Shown: one piece after another, positions 9,655 through 19,160 of the stretch
Position numbering within the stretch: position 1 is the first letter of the stretch
Layout: each line of letters begins with the position of its first letter
NCBI GenBank assembly: GCA_963929435.1
Contig: CAWVIV010000014.1
Coordinates: 40,349-104,348, forward strand
Reading direction: 5' to 3'
Length of the DNA stretch: 64,000 nt
From: an uncultured Bacilli bacterium
GTDB taxonomy: Bacteria; Bacillota_I; Bacilli_A; RF39; UBA660
The notes under the pieces: model-generated
What the model saw: the letters and a program-made list of their open reading frames with translations, nothing else
Told to the model about the DNA's origin: nothing
The model's database searches: none
Made by a program: the position numbers and the translations under genes

Positions 9655-10004
9655 TGATTTATCTAGTTAAGAGCTTTAGGGAGGACAAAGATACTAGTGG
9701 AAATAATAATCCTCCTTTATCAGAAGAAGGAGTAGAATTTGGTAAAAAGTTAAAACTAAGAAATAATGCTATTAAGTTTGATATGTGTTATACATCATTT
9801 AAGTTAAAAGACTTTGGTAGTGCTCTTATTCTTGTAGGAGATAAGTTAATAGTTCAGAGAACTCATAGTTTAGATAATAATGAAAAGGAAGAGATAGTTA
9901 GTTTTGTTAAATCTCTTCCAATGGATAAATCTATTTTAATAGTAGCAGATGATGAAGTTATTTCTGTTATTAAAAGTAGTTTTGATTGTATAGAGTTAAA
10001 ATAG
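9654..10004 (+). CDS. Hypothetical protein (116 aa)
   Basis: Start overlaps the upstream stop (TAATG). The N-terminus faintly recalls the histidine-phosphatase fold but lacks RHG. Confidence 0.4.
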   Translation: MIYLVKSFREDKDTSGNNNPPLSEEGVEFGKKLKLRNNAIKFDMCYTSFKLKDFGSALILVGDKLIVQRTHSLDNNEKEEIVSFVKSLPMDKSILIVADDEVISVIKSSFDCIELK

Positions 10005-10050
10005 ATGTTATATTATATACATAAATATATTTAATGAGAGGTGTTCGGTA

Positions 10051-11478
10051 ATGAAATATAAGAGTATAAGTTTAAATGGAACAGATAATTACCAGTATAG
10101 TTTAGTTAAATACGAAGATAAATATAAAGATATTTTGGGTTCTATGAAAGAAATTGATGTTAATTTAATTGACTCTGTTATAACGTGTCCTAGGATTTAT
10201 AGTGTTGATAGTGACCATCAGGCCTATATGCTTGTTAAGGATGATGATATAGGCGTTGGTGCTACTTATATTGGTACTAGTACTGATGAAAAAGACTTAG
10301 AAGTAACATTACAACTTGATGAAGATAAGTTTGATGATGAAGTTGATATGTATAAACTTATTAATCAGTTAGTAGATTCTTTAGGACTTTATTGTTATGA
10401 ACGTGAAAATATTTATATTTGTTTAAAAAATAAGATAAATTTATCTAAATATAATAGTCTTAAGTATAAAGAAGTGTATTTGCTACCAAATATTTCTACT
10501 TATATTTGTAGTAATAAGAAATATAATACTTTGATACCTTTATTATTAAAAGAAATTAAGAGCTGTGAAGATACTTTAATTTCTTGGAAACAGACTTGGT
10601 GGCAAGAGATTCAACACAGAACTTTAAGTGATTTACATGAAATATTTGATGATGGTTTTTTTAAAGATAGTGATATTCCTTTAAATGAAATATTTAATAA
10701 AAGTGAATCTATTAATTGGTCTAATATTAATTCTAATACTAGTGAAAGAGAGATAACTTTTAATATAGATGGTGATATTAGTTTTTCTAAAATATCTAAG
10801 AAAAAAGATGGTATTAAATATAGTTTTAACTATAATGTGTTAAGAGATGGTTTTTGTTTTGAAACTTCTGATTTTTCACTTGTAGATAATAGATTTTATA
10901 CTAAAATAAAAACTCCTAATGAAGAGGTAATTAAAAATAAAAGTACAGGGATGAAAAGAGTTCTTTATCAAAGTGATGTTGTTGATAAATCTTCTATTTA
11001 TGCTGAAGTTAAACTTGATGATAATGATGATATTGATAAATGCTATATTGATTTTAGAACACATAAAAATAGTAATAAAATTTGGTATAAAAATAAAGCT
11101 AAGATTACTGGTATGTACCTTATAAGAATTAATAATAAAGATAAAAACTTTTCTTTTAGTTATCGAACTAGGAAAGGTGATATCTGTAAGTATGATGATA
11201 ATATTTATTATGATGATGAAAGTCTTTCTATGGATACTTTAAAAGATAGAATAAAGTTTTTTATTGATACCATTAATAGTTGTTATAGAAATGGTAGGGG
11301 AGCGATTTCTTCTGATATTAATATTAGTGATTTAGTTAATACTGAAAAAGATGTGGTTAATTTTATGAAGCAGATAAAGAGTGAAATACCTTTACCTTAT
11401 TTACAAGAACAAATAGATAAATTTATTTTAGAATATAGTAATTCTAAAAGTAATGATAAAGTAAAAAAACTGCAGTAG
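10051..11478 (+). CDS. Hypothetical protein (475 aa)
   Basis: Long ORF with GAGAGGTG RBS. No motif I recognise. Confidence 0.55.
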   Translation: MKYKSISLNGTDNYQYSLVKYEDKYKDILGSMKEIDVNLIDSVITCPRIYSVDSDHQAYMLVKDDDIGVGATYIGTSTDEKDLEVTLQLDEDKFDDEVDMYKLINQLVDSLGLYCYERENIYICLKNKINLSKYNSLKYKEVYLLPNISTYICSNKKYNTLIPLLLKEIKSCEDTLISWKQTWWQEIQHRTLSDLHEIFDDGFFKDSDIPLNEIFNKSESINWSNINSNTSEREITFNIDGDISFSKISKKKDGIKYSFNYNVLRDGFCFETSDFSLVDNRFYTKIKTPNEEVIKNKSTGMKRVLYQSDVVDKSSIYAEVKLDDNDDIDKCYIDFRTHKNSNKIWYKNKAKITGMYLIRINNKDKNFSFSYRTRKGDICKYDDNIYYDDESLSMDTLKDRIKFFIDTINSCYRNGRGAISSDINISDLVNTEKDVVNFMKQIKSEIPLPYLQEQIDKFILEYSNSKSNDKVKKLQ

Positions 11479-11490
11479 TTGCAGTTTTTA

Positions 11491-12162
11491 TTATAAGCTA
11501 GTTAATGATACGTCATCTAGGTCTAATGATTGATTACCATTAGCATTAACTATGAATTCTATTCTAATTCCTGTAGTTCCAGCTGGTGCTTGTGATGTAA
11601 TTAATCTATAATATGCAAAATCACGATTACTATTAGTTATGTCTTGTTCTCTTATCATAATATTACCACCAATAATATCTCCAGAATTAGTTATGAATAT
11701 TACATTGGCATTAAGTGATACTTGATCTCCTTCGCCTCTTGCAAAGAAGCTTAATTCATAAAAACAACCTGGTTCTATATTGTTTATTACTTGAGATAGT
11801 GTTGCATCATCTTCTATGTTAACAGACCAATTTCCTGAATGAACTCTTCCTTGACTGTTTTCTGATGTGATATTATCAGGATTAGTGAAAAGCCATCCAG
11901 TTGGTTTATCATCGATAATGTTTTCCATTCCGCCATTTACTACTAGTTCTCCTCTAGATACACAAGAACATGTACAGTTTCCTGTAGGACCTGTTGGACC
12001 AGTAGCCCCTGTTGGCCCAGTAGGTCCTTGTATACCAGTAGCTCCAGTAGGGCCAGTAGGCCCTGTTGGCCCTGTGCAGTTTTTAGCTAGACATTTAACA
12101 ACTTCGCAAAGGCAGTTATCTTTGTTATCTTTATAATCTTTGTTTTCATTATTAAAAATCAT
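11491..12162 (-). CDS. Collagen-like triple-helix repeat protein with C-terminal CBM4_9-like/BclA-like globular domain
   Basis: [31 protein letters not shown] (G-X-Y repeats), flanked by Cys-rich segments ([20 protein letters not shown]). C-terminal NGGMENI...W motif is typical of CBM-like jelly rolls. Confidence 0.75.
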   Translation of the reverse strand: MIFNNENKDYKDNKDNCLCEVVKCLAKNCTGPTGPTGPTGATGIQGPTGPTGATGPTGPTGNCTCSCVSRGELVVNGGMENIIDDKPTGWLFTNPDNITSENSQGRVHSGNWSVNIEDDATLSQVINNIEPGCFYELSFFARGEGDQVSLNANVIFITNSGDIIGGNIMIREQDITNSNRDFAYYRLITSQAPAGTTGIRIEFIVNANGNQSLDLDDVSLTSL

Positions 12163-12274
12163 ATTTACCTCCTTCGCTATATATTATGAGGTAGAATAAA
12201 ACTTAAATAATTAATGTGCTTAATCTTTTAATAATAAAAAAATCAAGGGGGTTAATCCTTGACTTTTTCATTTC

Positions 12275-12877
12275 CTATTTGTTATAGAATTCAACGATTA
12301 GTGACTCATTGATATCCATGTTAAGTTCGCCTCTTTCAGGATATCTTACATAAGTACCTTCTTTTTTATTTTCATCAAAAGTTACATATTCCACACGTTT
12401 ATTAACTTTAGCTAGTGCTTCATTAGCAGCTTTATGATCTTTAGAATTCTCTTTTAAAGCGATAACACTTCCTGGTTTAACTCTGTATGATGGAATATCT
12501 ACTTTCTTACCATTTACAGTAATGTGTCCATGGTTTACAAGTTGTCTTGCTCCACGACGAGTAGTAGCAAATCCCATACGATATACTAAGTTATCTAGAC
12601 GAGACTCTAATAAGATTAAGAAGTTAGTACCATGTACACCTGGCATTTTACCAGCTTCTTTAAATGTCTTTTTAAATTGCTTTTCGTTAACACCATACAT
12701 AAAACGTAATTTTTGTTTTTCTTTTAATTGGTTACCATAATCACTTGGTTTACCATGTCTAGCATTTCCATGTTGTCCTGGTCCATATGGTCTTTTTGCA
12801 AGTTCTTTACCAGTTTCAGTTAAAGAAAAACCAACACGTCTTGATTGTTTGTAACTTGGTCCTGTATATCTTGCCAT
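12275..12877 (-). CDS. rpsD: 30S ribosomal protein S4
   Basis: [14 protein letters not shown]... N-terminus, S4 RNA-binding domain, 200 aa. Confidence 0.97.
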   Translation of the reverse strand: MARYTGPSYKQSRRVGFSLTETGKELAKRPYGPGQHGNARHGKPSDYGNQLKEKQKLRFMYGVNEKQFKKTFKEAGKMPGVHGTNFLILLESRLDNLVYRMGFATTRRGARQLVNHGHITVNGKKVDIPSYRVKPGSVIALKENSKDHKAANEALAKVNKRVEYVTFDENKKEGTYVRYPERGELNMDINESLIVEFYNK

Positions 12878-13033
12878 GTATTTTCTCCTTTCCTTATATT
12901 TGCATTTTCTTGATTTGTCTTCACCATTTATTCAGGGAGTATTTCTTTCACCTTCCAGCACAAAAGTTACTAAAACTTTCGAAAACACATTGAATAAAGT
13001 AAGACATTGCTGTTTCAAGTAAATTGCTCTAAT

Positions 13034-13062
13034 ATCATATTATGAAAATTTCTTTTTGTCAA
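13034..13062 (-). promoter_or_regulatory. Sigma-A-type promoter of rpsD with about 150-nt leader
   Basis: On the minus strand: TTGACA (13062-13057), 17 nt, TATGAT (13039-13034). The long untranslated leader is consistent with S4 autoregulatory leaders. Confidence 0.55.
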
Positions 13063-13119
13063 GTTTTTGTAGCATAAAATGTTAGTTTATGTTATGATGT
13101 TATAGTAGAGGTGATAGTA

Positions 13120-14835
13120 ATGGGACATACACTTTTATTTATAATCTGTGTTATCATTGTAGTTTTAATTTTAGTAATTACTATTATCACTATCTTGAAA
13201 AGAAGACAAAAGAGGTATTACCAAGATATATACGACAATTTAGAGCGAGAGAAAAACTTAATTGGAAGTACACCTGTGCTTTTAGAACTTTCTAAGTTAG
13301 AACCAATTATTAAAAATGAAAAGATGGAAGAGAAGTATCAAAAGTGGGAAGAGAGATTTGATACTATTAAAAATGTTGATATTCCAAAGATAGATGATAT
13401 GCTTATAGAGTTAGATACTTTATTAGATAAGAAAGAATATAAGACGGCTAAATTTAGAATTGCAAAGTGTGAGATGGAAGTCTATAAAGTTAGAGAGCAA
13501 GCGGATGATTTACTTGACCAGATAAAAGAGATAACTTTGAGTGAAGAGAAATATCGTAGTATTATTAGTAAACTTAAGACTAAGTATAGAGCATTAAATA
13601 AAGAATATAATGACCATAAAAATCTTTATGAAGAGATGGCAGAAGCGATAGAGTTACAACTTGAAAATATAGAGAAACGTTTCTTAGAGTTTGAGAAGGC
13701 TATGGATGATAATATGTATAGCGATGTGGTACATATTGTTAAAGCTTTGGATACTATGATAGAGCATATGGAGATAGTGGTAGAAGAAGTTCCTGATTTA
13801 ATGCTTATGTGTAAACAGATGATACCTAAGAGAATTAAAGAGATTGAAGATACTGCTAAAGATATGACAGAGAAAGGTTATCCTATTGAATATTTAAATC
13901 TTGATTATAACTTAGAAGAGTCTCGTAAGAATGTGGGAACTATTTTAGATAGAATTAAAGTTTTAAATCTTGAAGATTGTATGTTTGAGTTAAAAACTAT
14001 TCTTGATTATTTAGATAGTATCTTTGTTGATTTTGAGAAAGAGAGACTTTCAAGAAAAGTATATGAAGAAGGTATTAGAGATTTTGCTAAGAAGTTAAAG
14101 AAAACTGATAAGGTAGTTAGTGATATTTATGACCAGTTAGATGATATTAAAAATATGTATGATCTTAATGAGGAAGATGTTAATATTATTAATGAAGTTA
14201 ATAAAGACTTGACTTCTATTAAAGATGAATATAAAAATCTAGTAGATAGAGTTAAGAATAAAGCGACTCCTTATTCCTTAGTAACTAAAGAAGTAGATGA
14301 ACTTACATTAAAACTTAAACAAACAGAGTCTACTTTAGATGTGGCTTTGAAGAGTCTTGGTAATATGTATGAAGATGAACAAAGAGCGAGAGAACAGTTA
14401 GGTGAAATAGATAAATTACTAAGAGAATGTAAAGAGAAGATGAGAGAGTTTAAACTACCTATAATAAGTGATAATTATTTTGTGGAACTTAATGAAGCGA
14501 ATGAAGCGATAGAAGAGGTAGTTAAAGAATTATCTCGTAAACCTATTGTTATTAAAACTCTTAATACTAGAGTTGATACGGCTAGAGATTTAGTGTTAAA
14601 ACTTTATAATACAACTTTAAATATGATAAATAAAGCTAAGTTAACAGAAGCTTTAATTGTCTATGGTAATAGATATAGAAGTTTACATGAAGATATTAAT
14701 AATGGCCTTGATAGAGCTAGTTCCCTATTCTATAAAGGTAATTATGATAGTGCTTTAAAATTATGTGTTGATACTGTTAAATTAGTAGATGATACGATAG
14801 AAGGAAAGATTAAAGCTTATGAAAGTAAGATTTAA
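13120..14835 (+). CDS. ezrA: Septation ring formation regulator EzrA
   Basis: Single N-terminal TM helix followed by about 540 aa of coiled coil, the EzrA size and architecture. ATG 13120 is preferred over GTG 13111 because of RBS spacing. Confidence 0.85.
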   Translation: MGHTLLFIICVIIVVLILVITIITILKRRQKRYYQDIYDNLEREKNLIGSTPVLLELSKLEPIIKNEKMEEKYQKWEERFDTIKNVDIPKIDDMLIELDTLLDKKEYKTAKFRIAKCEMEVYKVREQADDLLDQIKEITLSEEKYRSIISKLKTKYRALNKEYNDHKNLYEEMAEAIELQLENIEKRFLEFEKAMDDNMYSDVVHIVKALDTMIEHMEIVVEEVPDLMLMCKQMIPKRIKEIEDTAKDMTEKGYPIEYLNLDYNLEESRKNVGTILDRIKVLNLEDCMFELKTILDYLDSIFVDFEKERLSRKVYEEGIRDFAKKLKKTDKVVSDIYDQLDDIKNMYDLNEEDVNIINEVNKDLTSIKDEYKNLVDRVKNKATPYSLVTKEVDELTLKLKQTESTLDVALKSLGNMYEDEQRAREQLGEIDKLLRECKEKMREFKLPIISDNYFVELNEANEAIEEVVKELSRKPIVIKTLNTRVDTARDLVLKLYNTTLNMINKAKLTEALIVYGNRYRSLHEDINNGLDRASSLFYKGNYDSALKLCVDTVKLVDDTIEGKIKAYESKI

Positions 14836-15442
14836 TGAGAATGGAAGGGGAACATATGAGTTTTTAACAGTAGCGGTTACATGTTTAATACTTAGTGCGA
14901 TACTTTTGTTTATAGTTGTTAACAATAATCAAAAAGAAAGATATCAAGTGTTTAGATATAATGCTAAGATTGTTGGTATTAATGCTGTTAATTATAATAA
15001 TGAGACAAGTGAGAATGTTGTTTATTTATATGAATTAATTAATACTAATTTAGTAACAAGAATTAAAAATAATTTCTCTGGTGATGAGTACTGTGATATG
15101 TATGAGTCTAAAGTAGTTTTTTCTAATGATAATAAAAAAGTAACATTAAAATGTGGAGATTATTTAATTTATAATCAAGATGTTACTGCTAAAGACTATA
15201 GTATTTATAAAGTAAGTAATTGGTCTTTTGATAAAATCAGTGGTAATAATGTTGATACTGTAAAAGTGTATGGATTAATGAAAAATGGTAAGAATTTGCT
15301 TGATGGTTATTATGAAGAAGAGTTATTTATTAAATTAGTTGCTGCTAATTATGGGGGTAAATATAATAGTCTTAAAGCGATTAAGAAGAACTATGATGTA
15401 GATGAGAAAACTGCTTATAGGAAAAGGACATTAGTTAGTTAA
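14819..15442 (+). CDS. Membrane-anchored hypothetical protein
   Basis: Overlaps the ezrA end. One N-terminal TM segment. Confidence 0.5.
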   Translation: MKVRFNENGRGTYEFLTVAVTCLILSAILLFIVVNNNQKERYQVFRYNAKIVGINAVNYNNETSENVVYLYELINTNLVTRIKNNFSGDEYCDMYESKVVFSNDNKKVTLKCGDYLIYNQDVTAKDYSIYKVSNWSFDKISGNNVDTVKVYGLMKNGKNLLDGYYEEELFIKLVAANYGGKYNSLKAIKKNYDVDEKTAYRKRTLVS

Positions 15443-15508
15443 ATTAATGTTCTTTTCTTAAAAACTATGCTATAATTATAATGGAGTAAGTGTAAGGAGG
15501 TATGTTAG

Positions 15509-16270
15509 ATGAATAAGAGTAAGGAAAGAGATTTCTTTGATAGTCCTAGTATGATTACTTATATTTTGATTGGACTTTTAGTTGTGTTAATAATTTTATC
15601 ACAGTCTTTTGCTATTCAAAGTCATATGGAAGCAGGGGATATATTTAGATCTATTATTAATCATAATAGTATTTATTTAGTTAGCTTAATCTATTTTATT
15701 TTAATTAGAGTTAAGTTTGGTAAAAAGTATTTTGATTATTTGAATGTAATTATATTTGCATTTTATTTACTTACTACTTTTGCTAGTTTATTTACAATAT
15801 TTCAATCTTTTGGATTTGATTCTATTTTAAATTTGGCTTTTAATGTGTTAATTACATTATATTTTGGATATTCATTCTTTACTAGAACTGTTATAGGTAA
15901 AGACTTAAAACTTTCTGATAGTCCTTTAGCAGAGATTAATAATGGACAGTATTATTATTTATTGATTGGTATTATTGCTATTAGTTTGATAGTATCTTTA
16001 GTTTCAGTTAATAGTTTTGAGGATGTAGTTGTTTATTTATTAGAAGCGTTATACCATTTTATGTTTGTTAGATATATTTATCTATATAAAGAATATGTGG
16101 AAAGAAAAGAGTTAGATATTGCTAAAGAAAAAGAGCATGAGAAAGAGAAAACTGTAGATAAAGTAGAAGAAGTTAAAGAAGATGAAACTACTAAGAATGA
16201 AGAGAAGCCTAAAGAGGTTAAAAGACGTGGTAGACCTAAAAAGAATAAAGATGAGGAGGCTTTGAAATGA
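15509..16270 (+). CDS. Polytopic membrane protein with Lys/Glu-rich tail containing an AT-hook-like RGRPKK
   Basis: AAGGAGG RBS. About 6 TM segments. Tail is ...EVKRRGRPKKNKDEE. Confidence 0.6.
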   Translation: MNKSKERDFFDSPSMITYILIGLLVVLIILSQSFAIQSHMEAGDIFRSIINHNSIYLVSLIYFILIRVKFGKKYFDYLNVIIFAFYLLTTFASLFTIFQSFGFDSILNLAFNVLITLYFGYSFFTRTVIGKDLKLSDSPLAEINNGQYYYLLIGIIAISLIVSLVSVNSFEDVVVYLLEALYHFMFVRYIYLYKEYVERKELDIAKEKEHEKEKTVDKVEEVKEDETTKNEEKPKEVKRRGRPKKNKDEEALK

Positions 16271-16608
16271 GAGATTTGTTTGATGAGATTGATGAAGAAA
16301 GAGAAGAATTACCTAAGTTAAAGAAGATAAGTAAGGAAGTACAGAAGAAAAGAAATTATAACTTCTATCAACAATTAGCGGTATGTTTGTTTATATTCTT
16401 GTTTATAGTAGGGGTACTTGTTGGTAATTTGTTCCCTGCTTGTAGTGAAACATCAGAGTTATTTGCTACTTGTACAAAAACAGAATATAATTTATCATTA
16501 ACATTAATATTTTGGATTGCTAGTTTTGTTTTTTGCAGTATGATTTATGGACTTGGAGAAATGATTAGATTACTTAATATTATTGCTAATAATACTAGTA
16601 GAAAGTAG
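16267..16608 (+). CDS. Small membrane protein
   Basis: ATGA overlap with the upstream gene. Two TM segments. Confidence 0.5.
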   Translation: MRDLFDEIDEEREELPKLKKISKEVQKKRNYNFYQQLAVCLFIFLFIVGVLVGNLFPACSETSELFATCTKTEYNLSLTLIFWIASFVFCSMIYGLGEMIRLLNIIANNTSRK

Positions 16609-16616
16609 GTTTTATT

Positions 16617-17561
16617 ATGAGTGAGAGAAGAGTTGTTAATAATTTTAGAGCTACTCCTGAAATGATAAGAGAAGCTAGAATGAAAAGATTACGTGCTAAA
16701 AGAAGAAGAGTGATTGGAGGTATTATTGGGATTACAGCAGGTGTTTCTGCTTTAGGTGTTGGATGTAGTAATATTATGGGAGGTGGTTCTAGCGATGGCC
16801 CTATTGTAGAACCAAAACCAATAGAGGAACCATATTCTATTACTACTAGTACTGATGATTTATCATCATTAAATGTAGTACTCGTTAATGATGGTATTAG
16901 TGCTGAACAGATGAAGCAGGCAGAAGATTCTTTGGAGTCGACAGGACTTGATGTTGAAGTTAGAGATATAAACGAATTAAATAAAGATGGAACAGAATGT
17001 TTTGTAGCATTAACTAATTATAAAGGTGATGACTATAAAGTAATAGGTAATTATAATAAAGGTAATAATCATGCTGATTTACTTGCTATTGGAATGAAAG
17101 ATGCTTTTGGAGGAGATATTCAAAAAGGTGTTTATGATAAAAGCGTAGCAGAGTCAACTTTAATTCCTTCAGATATTGAAGTGGCAGTAGGGGATCAGAT
17201 TATGCCTAATGTTACTATCGCTGTGCCAGAAGGAGCAGATTTAGAAGATTATGGTGAAGTTAAAGTTGATACTGGATTAAATGAAAGTTTTACCGATAGC
17301 CTTTTAGAGGGACTAGCTAGATATAATGATTCATTAAAATATGTTGATATTCATAATAGTGAATTTTTACTAAGACCTAGTGATGCTGCTGATTATCAAC
17401 AGAGTGTAGATCCAGATGTTCTTAATTTAAATGGCTTAGATGATAGTTATAAGGTACAGAAAGATAGTATTTTGTTGAATAATGGACTTCCTAAGAGTTT
17501 TGATAAAAGTACTACTGTTAATGTAGAGATGGTAAATGTTAAAGGTAATTCATTAAATTAA
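16617..17561 (+). CDS. Membrane-anchored hypothetical protein (314 aa)
   Basis: N-terminal basic region plus TM (IGGIIGITAGVSALGVG), then an extracytoplasmic domain. Confidence 0.55.
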   Translation: MSERRVVNNFRATPEMIREARMKRLRAKRRRVIGGIIGITAGVSALGVGCSNIMGGGSSDGPIVEPKPIEEPYSITTSTDDLSSLNVVLVNDGISAEQMKQAEDSLESTGLDVEVRDINELNKDGTECFVALTNYKGDDYKVIGNYNKGNNHADLLAIGMKDAFGGDIQKGVYDKSVAESTLIPSDIEVAVGDQIMPNVTIAVPEGADLEDYGEVKVDTGLNESFTDSLLEGLARYNDSLKYVDIHNSEFLLRPSDAADYQQSVDPDVLNLNGLDDSYKVQKDSILLNNGLPKSFDKSTTVNVEMVNVKGNSLN

Positions 17562-17562
17562 A

Positions 17563-17593
17563 ATAAGAACTTAGTATTGTGCTAAGTTCTTAT
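17563..17593. terminator. Bidirectional terminator between convergent genes
   Basis: ATAAGAACTTAG-tattgtg-CTAAGTTCTTAT perfect 12-bp stem, with A-run and T-run flanks. Confidence 0.7.
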
Positions 17594-17871
17594 TTTTGGT
17601 TGTATTGTCTTTTATTATTCATTTTATCGATGATGGTTTTATCTCTATCTATATTCATAAATAAAATATGTGGTTCAACATTTAAAGATTTAGCGATGTT
17701 TTCAAGTTTAGGAATAGTTGGACAATGTAGTCCTCTTTCTACATCTGTTATATATCTTGGACTTAATTTTGATAGTTCTGCTAATTTTTCTTGAGAATAA
17801 TTATTAACGTAGCGATAGTACTTTATGTTATAGATGAGTAAATCTTTTAGATTATTAAATTTTAATTTCAT
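17590..17871 (-). CDS. XRE-family HTH transcriptional regulator
   Basis: NNYSQEKLAELSKLSPRYITDVERG helix-turn-helix. Confidence 0.8.
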   Translation of the reverse strand: MKLKFNNLKDLLIYNIKYYRYVNNYSQEKLAELSKLSPRYITDVERGLHCPTIPKLENIAKSLNVEPHILFMNIDRDKTIIDKMNNKRQYNQK

Positions 17872-17898
17872 ACATACCTCCTAATATAGGTATGATAT

Positions 17899-17937
17899 TA
17901 TTTACTGCAAAATATTCACACGAACTATTTACTGCAA
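17899..17937. promoter_or_regulatory. Direct-repeat operator candidates in divergent promoter region
   Basis: TATTTACTGCAA occurs twice (17899-17910 and 17926-17937), between the XRE gene and the divergent membrane-protein gene. Confidence 0.4.
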
Positions 17938-17976
17938 GATTATTTTATTATATAATAGTGGTGGAAAGGAGTAAAT

Positions 17977-18594
17977 ATGGATGAAGATTTTAAAGACTTA
18001 AAAGAAAAAAGAAGTGGTTTTGCTACTGCTGCTTTAGTACTTGGTATTATTGGTATTTGCTTATCTTTTATTCCAATTTTAAATAATGCTTCATTTTTCT
18101 TAGGAATACTTGCAGTTATATTTTCTATTGTTTCTTTAATTAAGAAGGCAAGTAAAGGTAAAGCGATAGCAGGTTTAATTTTGGGAATTTTATCTGTTGT
18201 TATTACATTATCTTTACAAAGTAGTTGGGCTGAGTCTTTAGATAAAGTATCTGATGATTTAGATAATGCTGCTGGTAATAATACTGAAGAGATTCTTGGC
18301 AAGGATGTTGATGTTAGTATTGGTACTTTTGAAGGTAGTTTAGGTGATTATGGATTAGTTGATTCTAAATTAACTGTTACTGTTACCAATAAGACAGATG
18401 ATGTTAAATCATTTACTATTCAAATTGAAGCGGTTGATGCAAATGGTAGTAGGATTGATACTGATTATGTTTATGCTAATAGTTTAGGTGCTAATCAGAG
18501 TCAAGATTTTGATATCTTTACTTATGTTAGTAGTGAAGATTTAGAAGCGATGCAAAATGCTACTTTTAATGTTGTAGAAGTATCTATGTATTAG
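17977..18594 (+). CDS. Membrane protein (DUF4190-like N-terminus) with extracytoplasmic beta-rich domain, paralog 1
   Basis: Two TM helices, then a domain shared with 18683-19135. Confidence 0.6.
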   Translation: MDEDFKDLKEKRSGFATAALVLGIIGICLSFIPILNNASFFLGILAVIFSIVSLIKKASKGKAIAGLILGILSVVITLSLQSSWAESLDKVSDDLDNAAGNNTEEILGKDVDVSIGTFEGSLGDYGLVDSKLTVTVTNKTDDVKSFTIQIEAVDANGSRIDTDYVYANSLGANQSQDFDIFTYVSSEDLEAMQNATFNVVEVSMY

Positions 18595-18619
18595 AAAAGA
18601 TCTACTTAATTTTGTAGAT
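18520..18619. repeat. 100-bp near-identical repeat (3' end of paralog 1 plus terminator)
   Basis: Matches 19061-19160 with 2 mismatches. Includes the ATCTAC..GTAGAT terminator hairpin. Confidence 0.85.
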
Positions 18620-18682
18620 TTTTTCTTAAACTTTATTTCTTAATTATCATCTGTATAATGAGCATGGAAAGGAGCAAAAAAT

Positions 18683-19135
18683 ATGGAAAATATAAAAAAA
18701 GGAACAGGTGGATTAGTAATATTTTTAGTATTTTTGGGAGTAATCAATTTTGCTGCGTCTATGAATAGAGCTGATTCTTATACTGATGAAATATCTAAAG
18801 ATATGGATAATGCAACTGGTGAAAATACTGAAGAAGTTTTAAAAAATGTTGATATCGATATGGGCTCTTTTGAGGTTATAACAGACGAATATGGGTTTAG
18901 TGAAACTAAATTAGTAGTAAATGTAACAAATAAAGCTAATGAAAGGAAGTCTTATAATATTGAAATAGAAGCTGTTGCAACTGATGGGAGCAGAATCGAT
19001 ATTGATTATATTTATGCAAATAATTTAGGTGCTGGACAAAGCCAAAATTTTGATATTTTCACTTATGTTAGTAGTGAAGATTTAGAAGCAATGCAAAATG
19101 CTACTTTTGATGTTGTAGAAGTATCTATGTATTAG
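18683..19135 (+). CDS. Secreted/membrane-anchored paralog 2 of the same extracytoplasmic domain
   Basis: GAAAGGAG RBS. The C-terminal 100 aa is highly similar to the upstream gene. Confidence 0.6.
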   Translation: MENIKKGTGGLVIFLVFLGVINFAASMNRADSYTDEISKDMDNATGENTEEVLKNVDIDMGSFEVITDEYGFSETKLVVNVTNKANERKSYNIEIEAVATDGSRIDIDYIYANNLGAGQSQNFDIFTYVSSEDLEAMQNATFDVVEVSMY

Positions 19136-19160
19136 AAAAGATCTACTTAATTTTGTAGAT
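19061..19160. repeat. 100-bp near-identical repeat (3' end of paralog 2 plus bidirectional terminator)
   Basis: Matches 18520-18619. The AGATCTAC-ttaatttt-GTAGATCT hairpin loop contains the stop codon of the convergent PASTA gene. Confidence 0.85.

Noticed and set aside
11867-12136. Plus-strand ORF (89 aa, PVGPVGPV repeats) opposite the collagen-like gene
   Set aside because: It is the mirror image of the GPT codon repeats, has no RBS, and is fully embedded antisense in a better-supported gene.
12787-12993. Plus-strand 68-aa ORF in the rpsD upstream region
   Set aside because: It lies antisense to the rpsD start and 5' leader, and it has no RBS.
14819-14920. Possible type IV prepilin signal (..NGRG/TYEFLTVAV..) in the ORF after ezrA
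   Set aside because: The Glu is at +3 rather than +5 from the putative cleavage Gly, there is no G-F-T-L-x-E consensus, and there are no pilus genes nearby.
17579-18302. ORFs 17579-17794 (+) and 17940-18302 (-) overlapping the XRE gene and the membrane-protein gene
   Set aside because: In both cases the opposite-strand genes have clear motifs (HTH; TM plus conserved paralogous domain).
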